A program made the position numbers and the translations under genes. 64,000 nucleotides of DNA from NCBI GenBank assembly GCA_965153455.1, contig OZ234493.1, positions 9,042,213 through 9,106,212 of the forward strand, written 5' to 3'. Each line of letters begins with the position of its first letter. The stretch's first letter is position 1. The stretch comes from Sphagnum compactum. Its lineage: Eukaryota. A model generated the notes under the pieces. The model was not told the origin of the DNA. It saw nothing but the letters and a program-made list of their open reading frames with translations, and made no database searches. Positions 41,917 through 55,300 of this stretch are shown here, piece by piece.

Positions 41917-44900
41917 TGTAAATACATACCAAATTTCCCATAAAAATGTCATTTAAAAATCACTTGAAACATTTTAAGATATTTTCAAAGCAATGAAAAT
42001 CATTGGCTACATTATTTAAAGAATTTTTTGGATATTCTACATTTATTAAATGGATTTCAAAATTTTCCAAATGTTCCCATAATACACTTGTAAAAGTTCA
42101 TCCAAAACTTTCAATTCAACATCAATTTAAATAACTATTTATCATAATGAAAATTAAGCAATGGTTACACTTTGGAATGATTCCTTCTACCCAATTTGCA
42201 TCCATTTAGTTTGTGTTCTTCAAGAAAAAAATCGCATATTCATGAACCATATATATATATATATATATATAATTCACTAAGTTGAAAATATTTGAGCACA
42301 TTCAATATGAATTGGAGAGTTAACAACTAGTTTGAGCAAGGAAAATGCCAAGAGATTTTTTGTAACTTTCAAGAATCTAATTCCTAACACCTTGTTGTAA
42401 GGCTTGCACTTGCAATTCAAATTTATTGAAGGGAAATTGTATTTAGCAAGTGCTTGACATGTAGGAAAAGGGTAGGGCTCACCTTTCCCATGTAAAAACT
42501 AGTGTTGGCCACATTTTGAGAAATGACTTATGTATTGGGCTACATTTGGGCTTAGATATTGAAAATCAACCTATTAGGTAACATTTTCGACAAGAGTCAA
42601 ACATGTATAGCCTACCTCCTTGGATGTTGATGATGTAGTGAATTATCAAGACCCATTTGGTCTAGTATCACTTTGATAAATTTGATACCCTACCTTTACT
42701 CACCCATGTGGATTTATGCTTCACCCAAATAGGTTATTTCCAAACTTTAAAATCATGTTTGCCATGCACAATTGAACTTATTTGTCAAATGACGTTTTCA
42801 CAAGTTGCATCAACTTACCTACACATTAAGAAGATAATTTTTTTGTATTCTGTAATGAAGATAAACAATTTTACGAGGACAATACCCAAGTAAGCTTCCA
42901 TATGTTCATGTCACTAACAATTCAAAAACTAGATATCTATGAAAAGCTAGTGCAACCTTGAAGATGTCAATAGAAAGCTCAAAAGGCCCTTTCATTTTAT
43001 TAAAGTTCCACAACATTCGGTGATCCTTAGTTTGGGAATTTAAAAAAATCAAATTTTTTGTATAATGGTTTTTAGGTTGTATTCTATGGTTCCCAAGCTA
43101 AATATTTGAAAAGGTCAACCCTTATGAACAATAGGCAGGTATTTCAAAAACAATACAAAGGAAATTGATAACTAGGGGTAGATTTTAAAGATGTAAATTT
43201 GATACCCAATGAGTCCATTAAAATTTCAAAATCTCATTATTTGATACCATGCGTGACATATTAAATTTGTTTACAAAGACAGTATTTGATTGGATATTTA
43301 AAAAACCAAAAACCAATCAGCAATGGTAAAAACTAATGTTCATGTGTTGATATGTGTTTTTGCAACATATCTTCAAATAGGAGATATAATTTTAAAAAAT
43401 TTATTACCCATAAAGAAAAATACGATATAAACATATTAACATCTAATTTTTTCTATTAAGGTAGAATTTGGGTGTTAAAAAACTTAAGATTTATGGTTTA
43501 GGGTAGATTTTTGGTACCCCCTACATCATATGCCTATTTTTGAGGTTTTAAATGGGTATATATAAAATAAAATTTAATGCCCCAAATCCAATGACCACAT
43601 GTTCACACCTAAATGCCGAGAAAGATACCTATATTGAAGTTTTCCCATTTTGATTCACATGACTTTAGTGTTCCCCACTATCAATTCACATTACAAGTGA
43701 AATTGGCATAACCACCTATCCCACCTAGGAAAAAGCTTTTAAAAATACCTACTTAAAACAACAAAAATGGTTATGTGCTATTAGGTCAACTTGTAGATTT
43801 TCTTTAAAAAACTTGTGATTGATGAATGTAACCAAATAAAATCTATTTTTTCTAGTTAATATTTGACCATTAGTTGTTCCCATTTAAAGATTTTAATTAA
43901 TTAATTACACATTTATAATCTCAAGTAAAAAAAATGGTTATATATATAGGTATAGTTTTTATTTACCCAAACTCCCAATTATATCCTTTTTTAGTTACAC
44001 AAAAGTTTTTAGCTTGCAAAACATTTATGTATAGGTTATAAAAAATGCATTTCACATGGAAAAATTGTATGCATTTTTAAAAGGTATATCAATTTAGAGA
44101 AAATAGGGTAGATTACAAGATATATTTTATATATTCAATTGGTATATCTTGGGTAAAAATAGACCTATACATAATTAGTAAAATCTTAGGAATGTTGTAT
44201 TGATAAGCCCATTTTCACATATTAATAAGGTATCAATTGGTATTGAGTACTTTCATACTGATGCACCTATAAGGTTCTTCCCGATACTTGGGGGATGAAA
44301 CATTAAGGGCATTGACACGAAGAAAACATAAGAAAAAAATTGGGGCACATTTCTTAATTTCATGCATTTAAAAAAAAAGGGTGTAAAGGAGTTCTAGGAT
44401 GGGGATTAAAAACAATTTGACAAGTTCATGAACTTTTCATGGACAAGTCACTTGCAAAATGGGGCTAACTTTGAGTCACAAATTTGACTTGGATAATGAC
44501 ATTTACATGATTCAAACTTGGGAAGAAGCCATAATTTTCTTCCCTATAGTATACTTTGTGCTTTTTTACATGGATTTCATTGGAGATCATTTGATTCTTG
44601 CTTCCTGGGTTTTTGTGGTTGGGAGTTGAACTTGTCGATTTGACTTTCAACCTTTTCTTAGACATAACTCATAGCTTCAAATGAATAATGCAAGTTCATT
44701 TTCGATATTTACATTTTGAGACCTTTCCAATATTATGAATTTTTATTTATTTTTACAAGGTTTATCCCTTTCATTTTTGTTCCAAACCTTTGTGAAATTT
44801 TGAGACTCATAATTCCCAAAGTGCAAGATCAATTCGAAAGTCTCAAAAGTGCTTCTTTTTCATTTCTTTAATGTTTTAGGTTTTTTTTTGCCTTAGTTTA

Positions 44901-45819
44901 TTCTTAGGCCATTTTTTCTTTGTTTTGCCGCAACTTTGGTCACAAGCCCAAGTTTAAGGTCATGACACATATGGGTGTGATATTGATATTGGATCATTTT
45001 CAACATTTTCATATCATCATAGTCCTAATATTGGATTTATATTGAGCCTAATATTTTTTCATTTGTTTTAAGGTTCATTTTGTACACAAATCTTGACAAT
45101 ACAACCATGTTTGATGCATTCATGTGGAACTAGGTGAAAAATAATGTATGTGATGATGTAATATTTATTGCATCTTGCATTAACCAATGAGATTTGCTAA
45201 CCCACAATCCATGAAACTTTGCTTCAGCTATAAAAATTCCAAAGTTTCATTAGGTTAATTAACAACACCTTAATCAAAAGCCTTGGAACATTGAAACACA
45301 AAAGTCATGGTTCAACATATGGCATGAAAAAATCTATTCACAAATAACATCATGGTTTTTTATCATCACAATTTGTTCATCTATTTGGATATTGGCTATC
45401 TAGGTTCCTTTCATGATGGGTCCATATTGTGGTAGTTTAAGCTCTAGAAAGCTTGGTGGTAGTATTTTGTTCACACATATGACTACTTCAAATATCTACT
45501 AGGTGGCTTAGGCTATTGGGGGGAAAAAATGTTCATCATCCATTGGATTAGCAAGTGAAAGTGAGCTCTTAATGCCAACCAATCTATATATAATCATAGC
45601 ATACAACAAAATGCATGTAGGATACAAAGTCAAAGTGAAGTGAGGAATAGGAAATTTCAAGGATAATGGAGGTGTTTGATGAAAAGTATCTGATTCAACA
45701 AAACCCACTTCTACATTGTAATGTTCAAATCTATAATTTTTCTTAAGATTATGTTGGATTCCTCCATTTCTACCCAAGATCATGAACAAGTATGGGTTAG
45801 AAATCAAATTATTTCAAAG

Positions 45820-46170
45820 CATCATGTTGTCACACTCACAAAAGTCATTAGATTCCAAAATGTTTCAAAATGTCATACTATCACTCACAAAAAGTCATTG
45901 GATTCCAAAGTTCGTCAAATGATCACATTGTCACACTCACGAAAAGCAATTGAATGCCAAATTGCTTCAAATTGTCACACTGTCACACTCACAAAGGGTC
46001 ACTGGATTCCAAAGTGCTTCAAATGTCACACTATCACACTCACAAAAAGTCATTGGATTCCAAATTGCTATCACGTTATCACACTCTAATAGACTCATTG
46101 ATTCCCAAATTGCTCAAAGCGTAGCACTATTACAATCACCAAAACCTACTAGATTTGAAGTCAAGAAATG
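45820..46170 (+). repeat. ~45-bp tandem minisatellite
   Basis: About 7 units of TGTCACACT.TCACACTCACAAAAAGTCATTGGATTCCAAA...CTTCAAA. Confidence 0.9.
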
Positions 46171-46179
46171 TCAAACATG

Positions 46180-46460
46180 ATCGGTCTCTACCTTGCTACA
46201 AGTAGGAGAAAGGTTCAAACATGTTCAAAATTTAAGCTTAATTTGAACATACCCTAATTAGGTTTCTACCTTGTTGTAGGTAGGAGAGAGGTTCAAAAAT
46301 GTCAAGTTTGCGCTTCATAAGTGTCAAATAGATCCCTAATTAGGTCTCTACCTTGTTGTAGGTAGGAAAACAACTCAAACATGTCCAATTTAAGCTTAGT
46401 AAATCATACAAACCCTAAATAGGTCTCTACCTTGCTGCAAGTAGGAGAGAGGCTCAATAA
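46180..46460 (+). repeat. Four ~80-bp tandem units with palindromic core
   Basis: GGT(C/T)TCTACCTTG(C/T)T(G/A)(C/T)A(A/G)GTAGGA at ~46183, 46261, 46342 and 46423. The linkers are mutually similar. Confidence 0.85.
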
Positions 46461-47989
46461 CTATCAAACAGACTCCCCAATGTGGAAAACCACCTCGACA
46501 ATCAAAAAACCCCCCAAATGTTGAGCTCTTCAATGAAATAATCGAGACAATCGTGAACGATTCCGTGAGCTTCTTGAGTGAGATCCACTAACAACATGCT
46601 TCTTAATTATGCCTGGAAATTGGAGGGAGAATAGAATTCAAAACTCTAATCCTCACCTCCAAAGCTTGAGAGCTCCTTGAAAATTGGAAATGTGAAGGCT
46701 GAAAAATCTTTGTGCAAATTCGTTCTCCAACTTCTGAGTGCTCCACTTTGCGAGCCACTCCACTCTGTGGTCGAGCTATTCAGGTCTCCAATACTTTCTT
46801 CTCCGTGCCCAAGCTGGAACCACACAACTCCACGTTAATCCGAGTTTTGTATGTACCAACATGTCAACGTTAGATTGCTGCCATGTGGTTCCTTGTCCAA
46901 ATTCATCTTCCGAGAAACTGGAGAATGGTTTCAGAACCTCCATTGGTTGATTCTGGTTGCTCAGGCTTTAAATGGTTTAGGAGATCATCTAGTTCGGTTG
47001 CAGCCATTATTGGGACTTATACATATTATGGTGCAATTAGCTTCTGTATTAGGTGACGGTCGTTGGGAGGATCTGGCCAAAAGGCCGCTGGCCACAAGCT
47101 GGGTCTAACCAATAGCTCATTTTCTGACATAGTTGGCACTGGGGAGAGATTCTGCCATGTCATTAGGAACTTTGTAGACTAGTTGCTAGACCTCACAATA
47201 TTCCATGTGCCAGTTCTTTGCATTGGAAGCAGCAGCTGACCCTAAGATGCATAGGGTTAAGGGCAATATCTCTCCTAAGTGATAATTCCATTGTCTATCT
47301 TGCATCCTACCTCCACCGTCATCTAACAACTCTAACTTGGAATAGGTGCATGGAATACACTGTGGCCTTTGAAGATGTGATTGAAAATCTCATTCAACTT
47401 CAAATGGAACCCCGTTGGAAAGACAATTTGAGACTGTCAGGGACACTAGAATACAAACATCACTGAGACATGTTATGGACATGGCATACTGCATATTGCA
47501 TATAGCTTCAAGCGACTTTCAATATTTCAGCTGATTGCAGTAAATTCTTAGGTGCCTCATGGCACGTATTTAGAGGTGCTCACAGAGTGACAATCTGTGT
47601 GTGCAGATTTTTTGATGTGATTTCAGTGTATCCACAAACCATGGGAACCCTCAAGACTTGGGATGCTACATGTTAGTCTCAACAATTCTGAATTGGGTGC
47701 TGATATTCACCAATATATGTCCAAGCTCTGAAGTCTGTTCTAATCATGCTGAACCTGTGATCAGCCCCATTGATTTAGTCTTCTTGTAGACACTGCTCTG
47801 GGTGATTTCTGTCCTGAAATTTGTCCCACCAACAGATTTAACTACCCTGATCCTAAAGCCTGAGATTCAGTTGATTTGTAAAGATATGCACTTCAAATCT
47901 TGTTTCAACAGTCTAAGTTCTGTTTCTTATGGGAAAGCTAGCAGTAAATTCTTCTCAAAAAATTTCTCCCCATGCTTATCTACTAGCAA

Positions 47990-50808
47990 ACTTGGATTTG
48001 GAGATCCTTATGAATAGGGACTGAGCAGTATGACTGAAATCTTGGTTGAACACCGTTCTCCTTCCTTTGAGTTGTGATCTAGTACAAGTGACCAGTCTGA
48101 GAAAAAACGCTGCCCTTCTTTTAGGTCTCCAACGATGCTGTTTTCCCTATACATCACACAAGAAACAACCTCATGCTTGGATTGTATTTACTACCAGAAC
48201 ACTTGCTGTGAAAACCCACAACAAGCTCCAAAACATCAATACATGCAAGTTTATTTACAAGAACGTTGGATGCATATACCTTAAACTTTTCAGGTGGAGA
48301 TGGCTTCCAGCATTGAGAATGCCTGGAGGATTTGATGTGTGATGGCAATTTTTTCTGTGCAATAAAGTAACAGACACACAAGTAAGAATGGTTTTTAAGT
48401 CAAGCAAAGTATGTAAAAGTAAGATGATTCACAAAGGAAGCACTGAGCTTACAGAGATTCTTGCTCAATTGTGATGATGCCTTTGAACTCTAAATTTTTG
48501 TGCTTAGCTGCCTTATCCAGCTTGTTTCTATGGTTGCGGTTCTGATCCAGTTTATGTAGGGGTCCATTTGGTTGAGAAGGCATGCTGATCTTGTCTGAAT
48601 CTTTCCATCCCAGCTTCTCCCAGGTTAGTACTTCAACCAAATCTTGTGGAACTTCATCAGGGTTCTTCAATCCAAGGTAACAGTCATTGCCCCTATTACT
48701 GCCTGTTTGATATTCCTCAACCCCATCAGGATTCACACTTGTGTGACCAATTAAATTTTCAAGATGTTGCTGATTCTTGACTAACATCTGCTTTTGGTCA
48801 TGTAACCAAGTCTCCTGCAACCGAAGAGCACTCAAACAATGTCCTTTTGTAACTCCTTGTGGAACTGGAGCTTTAAGCTTATTGCTGTGTGTGGAGTCAT
48901 CAGATGGGCCAGGCAGTTAGTCTGCTGTTGATTCCAGGGCTAGCATAGTTTTTGACTCCTCTGTAACAATGGCCAGTGGGTGAGCCAGGCTGAGTTTGAG
49001 CTCAACTGGGCACCCAAGTGCAATTTGAAAAGCATGACAGGTGCTGCTCTGAAGCCTCCCAGCTTTTGCTTTGTGTTCTGGATGCTGAAATTCCAGATGG
49101 GAAACTGCATAGGAGTTATCTATTACATTCAATAAGCACTTTATCTCAGAGCCCAGTGTTAAAACGTGAATGATGTACAAAGAATCAGTCACTCCTGGTG
49201 TAACAAAAGGATGTGCATTGTAGCCAGCTACAACTTGTAGTATGGGGATACAACTAGCTCCAAATTCTAGTCAATTTAAGTGTTCGTTAGTGGAAGTAGT
49301 GACTTGTTGCATTCATTTGGTTGGGAACTTTAAGTTGAATATTTTGAGCCTGTAGGGAGCTTTCATGGGAGCTAGACAAAGGATAATTCGGTTGGTAAAG
49401 AGAATACAGGCATGATGCAAGGGACTTTTCCCCCCAACAAGAGAAGACTGCTGCTCACCTTTTGCAATACAGAGAGAAATCAATGTGCCATGGGCCTGCA
49501 AGAGCTGTCTCAACACATTTGACCGGCACCCTTGGAGAACCTTCATCCAGAGGTTTTCCAATTCGTTGCATGCAAGGACTTGGAAGTCATGGAATTCAGC
49601 TATTTGAGTCCCATCAAAAAGCACAGTGGGGCAAATTTGTGTTGTTGCCACCAAAGGACTCTTTTGGGATTTGTCTGTTGGTGACCCTGCAGGGTACACT
49701 TTGGCTTGTGATTGGTGTACTGAAGGCAGCAGCCTTTTCTTGCCCTCTGAATGATAGAGGCAAGTTTGGGTGACAGTCTCTTTCTTTTCTTCAATGACAG
49801 CAGTAGCTGGCAGTTTGGGTGTAAGCATCACATGTGAATTTTGGGGTTCTGGTGGTCAAGAATTTGATTTCCAGAAGCTCTAATCTTGGGGGTATAAGCT
49901 TCTGCAGCTGTGATTTTCTCAAGGGTATCAAATGCAATAGGGCTTGGTGACATGCTTGTGTCCAAAGAGGATGGAAGGTATGATCGATCAGGGGCAAATT
50001 GCAGGAGTGCTGCAGTAAGCCTTGTTGATTGGTTGTTTGAGACACGTAGCTGCTTCTCTGATTCTGCCAGGACCTTCAATGCTTGCTGTAAACGTCGTTG
50101 TTCTGCCTTCTGTGCTGCAAAACAAACAAAAACGATGTTTAAGACAAATTCAACCTTCTGTAGGTGTTGAACCTCTTGATAAATTTTACTCCTCCCAGAA
50201 CAAGAAACAGACCATGCAAAGTACAGATACAATAGGCCAGGGCATACAAAAATTTCTTTTGAAGAATCCTTTTTTGTGCATTGCTCAGTGTATGTTAAAG
50301 ATCCCAGCCAAAATGTTGGTAATCAGGGAGGCAAGCTGTGTGACCAATGACAAGGCATCCACCCCCAAGTCAAGAAGCTCCCGCATACATCTCACAGTGT
50401 TTGCCGTGTCTGCTGAAAGTGCCAAATCCAGCAGGTCCAGCAACTTGTTATCTGGAACTAGCCCCACTTGCAAAACAATTGGAATCAGACACAGCCTATT
50501 CAGTTGCAGAGTACATCCAGACCAATGCCACATAATGGCATGATGATGCAGAAGTTCACATGTGCTGAAGACAGACTTACAAGCTCTTGAACCATGGCTA
50601 ATGAAACGTTCCTGTCCCAAAGGCTGAGTTGATCCAGCATTCTCTCTGCATCATGAAGAGAGCCATTAGCTCTTGCTGCAGTCAATGATAGTGCAGCCTC
50701 CTCCACCTCAAGCTCATCTTTGGTAGCAAGGGACTGCAGCTGAGTCACTATTTCCACCTCTTTCACTTTTCCAAAGGGAGCTTTTGGCACCCGAGAGAAT
50801 TCCCACAT
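47990..50808 (-). pseudogene. STI-like: 5'-truncated, intron-retaining STICHEL-like (DNA polymerase III gamma/tau-related) pseudogene
   Basis: Exon remnants ~50808-50581 (ANGSLHDAERMLDQLSL...VQEL), 50467-50248 (VGLVPDNKLLDLLDLALSADTANTVRCMRELL), 50114-49459 (RLQQALKVLAESEKQLRVS...LTAALLQF; ELENLWMKVLQGCRSNVLRQLL), 49119-48453 and probable small 3' exons ~48350-48281 and from ~48146. Disablements: acceptor CAA in place of CAG at 50470-50468, in-frame TGA 50287-50285, frameshift near 49830, in-frame TAA 48919-48917. No N-terminal or P-loop exons upstream. The 3' end is approximate. Confidence 0.85.
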
Positions 50809-52364
50809 TGCCCTATGACGAGCAAATTACTAAACATATAGCAACTCTGTTGTGAGTCAGGAGCTGCCGGATAAGCTGAGCATGTTTTACTGCACATTGA
50901 ACTAAATCAAAATTAGAACAAAGTGAGTGCACAACAATTATATCAAAATCGGATGTCAATGTGCCTTCAAAGTTGGATAGAGCTACAATGCACCTAACCT
51001 TGCACTATTCCATTATTCATTGCATGGAAGATGTGAATAATAGGGATGTTTCTTGTCATAATCAATGAGTCATGATGTTTAATGGTATGTGCTTAGTATG
51101 CATTGTAATTGAGTAAAGCCATCAAAGATTGGAGTATGAACAATATTTAAGCTTGCTCTATCTTACTACATGATAAAACATGAACAAAATTACTTCGAGC
51201 AAGACCCCAATAGAAAATCATAGACAAAATAATCATTATGTATATTCTTACATTATATTTGCAATGCTATGGATACATTTGCTAGTTTGGAATACAAACA
51301 CCGTTAAAAACTTGCAACCGACATTAATTTCTAAGAAAATGTAAATTGCTCTGACGTCATTTGAGGCCTCAATTATATTATCGACATCCAAACCCCATAC
51401 AAAAGAAATTCATTGTGGATTTGAGAAGCTCTTATGCTCTGCTTGAAGTTGTAATTTTTTTGCTTTAATGTGCTCAAAAAACCCAAAGTTGTTTCATAGG
51501 TAATGCAATTCTAAAAGGGCTATTGATATATAGCCCTAAGATGCATCTTGATTATTGTTGAATTATTGTTGAGCTCATGGCAGTCTCCTTAAACGATAGT
51601 AAACAAGACAATTGAAATGATTTAGGTCATAAAGCGCTACTATGGGATTTGAGGTGTTAATGGTCATTGTTTACAGAATTGAATTTACATCTGAAAAATC
51701 AGGAGGGAATCCCTTTTCCATCAGGATCTTCCATTTTCTAGTGGGATCTTAGATTTGTTCATAGTGGATTCTGAGTACTTCTAGGACTTTTGCAGACCAT
51801 TAGGTTGAAAAGAAAGTGCACAAGTCTCAGGCATGTGTAAATTGGCACCAATACATGTTGCCAAAAAACAAACATTGCTGGCACAGACAGTACTACTCAA
51901 AATCTACATAGACTTACTTGACTTCAACAGGGTTGGATAACCCAACTCAATGCTTTTCACCTGGGAGCTCAAGAGCCGATGAAACCAGAGCACCACATCC
52001 ACATACAACAGGAAAAATAGACCTCTTTCTTTCTCAATTCCAGGCACTTAGTGCTGATGAGAATATTTAAACAAATATGCCAAAAGAAAAAAGAAAAACC
52101 CCCTAGTTTCCAAGTGAATTTGGTGCTTTAGGAAAGAACTATTACAAGCCTGGAACCTCAGGCATCCACTGGCGTATGATCCTTTTATGCCCTGGGTCTT
52201 GAATCCTGCATTGTGAATACACCACATATCACATAGCCAAGAGACTGTTTGATCATTACAGAACCAATTCTGTAGGGTTTTGCTACTGAAAGGGACAAAA
52301 GTTTGCCTCTTCCAATGGCCTGAAACCTGCCTGCTGTAGCCAACTGAATGCATTTGGCAAGGAC

Positions 52365-55300
52365 TCAGAGATCAAGAAGCAGGCGTCGAGGGTCCTCAAC
52401 TTTGTCCTTAACTGCACGGAGGAATAGAACTGCCTCCCGACCATCAATTAGGCGGTGGTCATATGTGAGGGCCACATACATCATAGGTCTCACTACAATG
52501 TTTGTGCCAATAACCACTGGCCGCTTCTGGATTGAGTGCATTCCCAGAATTGCCGACTGCATGAATCAACACAATCACCAATAATAAATTCCAGGTAACT
52601 CATATAAAAAAAATGTCATTAGACTAAGTTCTAACAGTCCATGCTCCTCAACTCTCAAGCAAAAAGGTATCTGGACTCTTAAGCTCAACTCCAGAAACTG
52701 TCAGAATCAGGCACAGATTAGATAATAATACCATCTAGTTCTCCAGTCTGGATTCTGAAAGCAAAAAAGTCTGGGACTCTCAAGTGCTCTTCATTCCCCG
52801 AACAATTGAAATTGAGACTGACACAAGATTGAACTGCTAGAATGCATCCAAGAAAATGTTATGAATGTATCTAAGGCTGAGTGCATTTTCCTTCCATATG
52901 TACTTGATCCTTAAAATCACAGAAAAAACTGAATATCATTTATAAGAATAGAGAAATCTCCATTCTCACAATGAAGAAAAAACCCACAGCAAGGTTAACA
53001 CTTCTTCAAGAAGTCACAGAAAGCTCCAAACTAGGAAAGACAAAAACAAACACAAAACAGAAAAAACAAAAAACAAAAACCCACGGTGTGAACAAAAGTG
53101 CCAGTCTCACACTTGTTCAGGGACCATCAACAGTAGTATGTATGATAGTGACTTAACTACCATAACTTCCCCACTGACTTCATCAGCTCCCTACAGTGGG
53201 TAAAGGCCAGTGAAAAACACCAACCTGCGAATCGAGTTTCTGCTGCAAATCCGGAAGCAACGGGAAGACTCAGCCATACTACTGGCTAGCAACAGATCAC
53301 AACACAAGGACAAGACAAAAACAGACAAACAGAAAAGGAAAAGCAGAACTTTAAGGGAAAGGACAGCATGGAACAAACACAGAAAAAACTGAAGAGCAAT
53401 TTGAACAAGAATGAAAATTTCACTGGAAGTTCAGTGACCATCAATGCAACATGTATGTTAATGACATGCGACATGTATCAGCAATGCAATATAATCTCAC
53501 ATTTGTCAAAACAGACTTGGGAGTGTGTAATGAAACAATCAGTGAAGATGTGTTAGGATTTTGGCAGCATCCTACCTGGGGTGGGTTGATAATAGGCGTG
53601 CTGATAAGACTTCCATAGACACCACCATTAGAGATGGTGAAGGTGCCACCAGCCATATCATCAATTGAAATGCTGCCATCATTGGCCTTTTTCCCTAGTG
53701 TGTTGATTGTCTTCTCAATTTGGGCAAAGTTCATGTGGTCTGCCCCACGGATCACAGGCACCACAAGACCCTGCAAATACCAACTGCATTGGTTATTGCT
53801 GAAAGAAAAGGAGATAACATCTCCACCACAGTTGATATGAGACTAATGCATACAGCCTCACTCTATACTGTCTACACTAGCATGCAACAAAAACTGGCAC
53901 ATTCCTGCCAGTACACATACCTTGGGACACAAACATCCTTGGTTCACACTTTATTTATTCGCTAGATGAAGCCATATAACAAGTTGCAGAGGTAGAAGCT
54001 GTCTCACCTTGGGAGTACCAACAGCAATACTGATGTCAACATAGTCTCGATAGATGATATCATCACCATCAATTACAGCATTCACTGAAGGCAACTGCTG
54101 AAGCGCACTTACTGCTGCCTTCACAGCCAAACAGGAAAGCCAAAAAGAATTCAGACACACTTTCAACAATTCGATCAAGTCACAAGGCATTATTCCCCTT
54201 GGTGAATGTTGCTGCAATTCTTAATAGCAAATATGAACACAGAATGTCTGAATGGATTCTCAGTTTCTGGAAATAAGTCACAAGGATCAATCTGTGCTTG
54301 GAGTAAATCAACATAATTTGAGAGCTTGGCAACTAGATAAGGCTCTGGCTAAGGACAGAGTATGTGGGGATAATGAGTTTTATTCAGATGATGGAGCAAA
54401 ACTGTTGAATGGTACCAACCTTCACAAATCCAGACATGAAGCCCAATTTCACCCCATGTTTCTCTTGGAATGCATCCTTGTATTCAGCACGCATGTCCAT
54501 CAAGTTGGTCCTGAAATCCAATACATTCAGACCATAAGGTTCACAAGACACATCAAAGTACACAATTCTGTCACTCTCTTCCCATGGGTCTAGGTCACAA
54601 ACACCCTCTGCCTGAAGGATTACAAGACGCTAAAGAACATCAAACATAGGACCTTGGCTCTTAAACAGCCTGAAGCAGAAAATGCAGAGCACGAGGGTAG
54701 TGGAGCCTATGTCCATTATGGACATGGTATCAAGATAACAACAAGAGAACAATGTGCTCAGTCTCATAACCAAATAAATGTTCATTTGCCAATATAATAG
54801 ACAAATGCACACGGATACCTCACAGCAGACCATAGTTTTAGAGCACAAAAACATACATATCAATTTCATTGAAGGTTGTAAGCAGAGCAAAAGTGTTCTG
54901 AGAGTCCTTCAGCCGGGTGGCAACCCGTTTCCGCAACCGTGTCATTGGAATCTGGCAGATTTCCATAAACTGATGTCAACTAGGATAATAACAAATAGCC
55001 AAGGAAAGCACTACCAACAAATGACTAATGCAGACTGAGGACTAGCAAAGACAGGAAGCAAGGAAGATAACAAGAGACAATTTGAATGCAAATTAACCTA
55101 ATATGCAGACCAATTGACTGGCCAGTTCTCAACAATTAAGCGAAAGAAGAGCCCAAATAGCCCTCACCCTCCGCTCTCCACCTTTAGGTGGAAGATGCAC
55201 TTCTGTGCGAGATTGGCTTTGGGAAGCTGCAGGTGCTGGTGGCACTTTCTCTGGAGTCTTAGGTGGAGTCTGAGGAGGTGGCTGGGGAGCAGGAGCTGCT

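Noticed and set aside
42300-43150. Possible decayed transposase
   Set aside because: Composition is coding-like, but I could not identify a diagnostic motif.
44400-44970. Possible solo LTR beginning TGTCATGACC on the minus strand
   Set aside because: No partner LTR, PBS/PPT, clear CA end or TSD could be established.
46180-46460. CRISPR-like array (palindromic repeats with ~45-bp spacers)
   Set aside because: The spacers are homologous to each other (ATGT..AA.TT..GCTT...CCCTAA.TA), the repeats are degenerate, there are no cas genes and the context is eukaryotic. It is a tandem repeat.
50285-50287. Selenocysteine, read-through or RNA editing of in-frame TGA codons (also 59557-59559)
   Set aside because: The STICHEL copy has independent frameshifts and a lost acceptor, and CGA-to-TGA methyl-C decay explains both stops.
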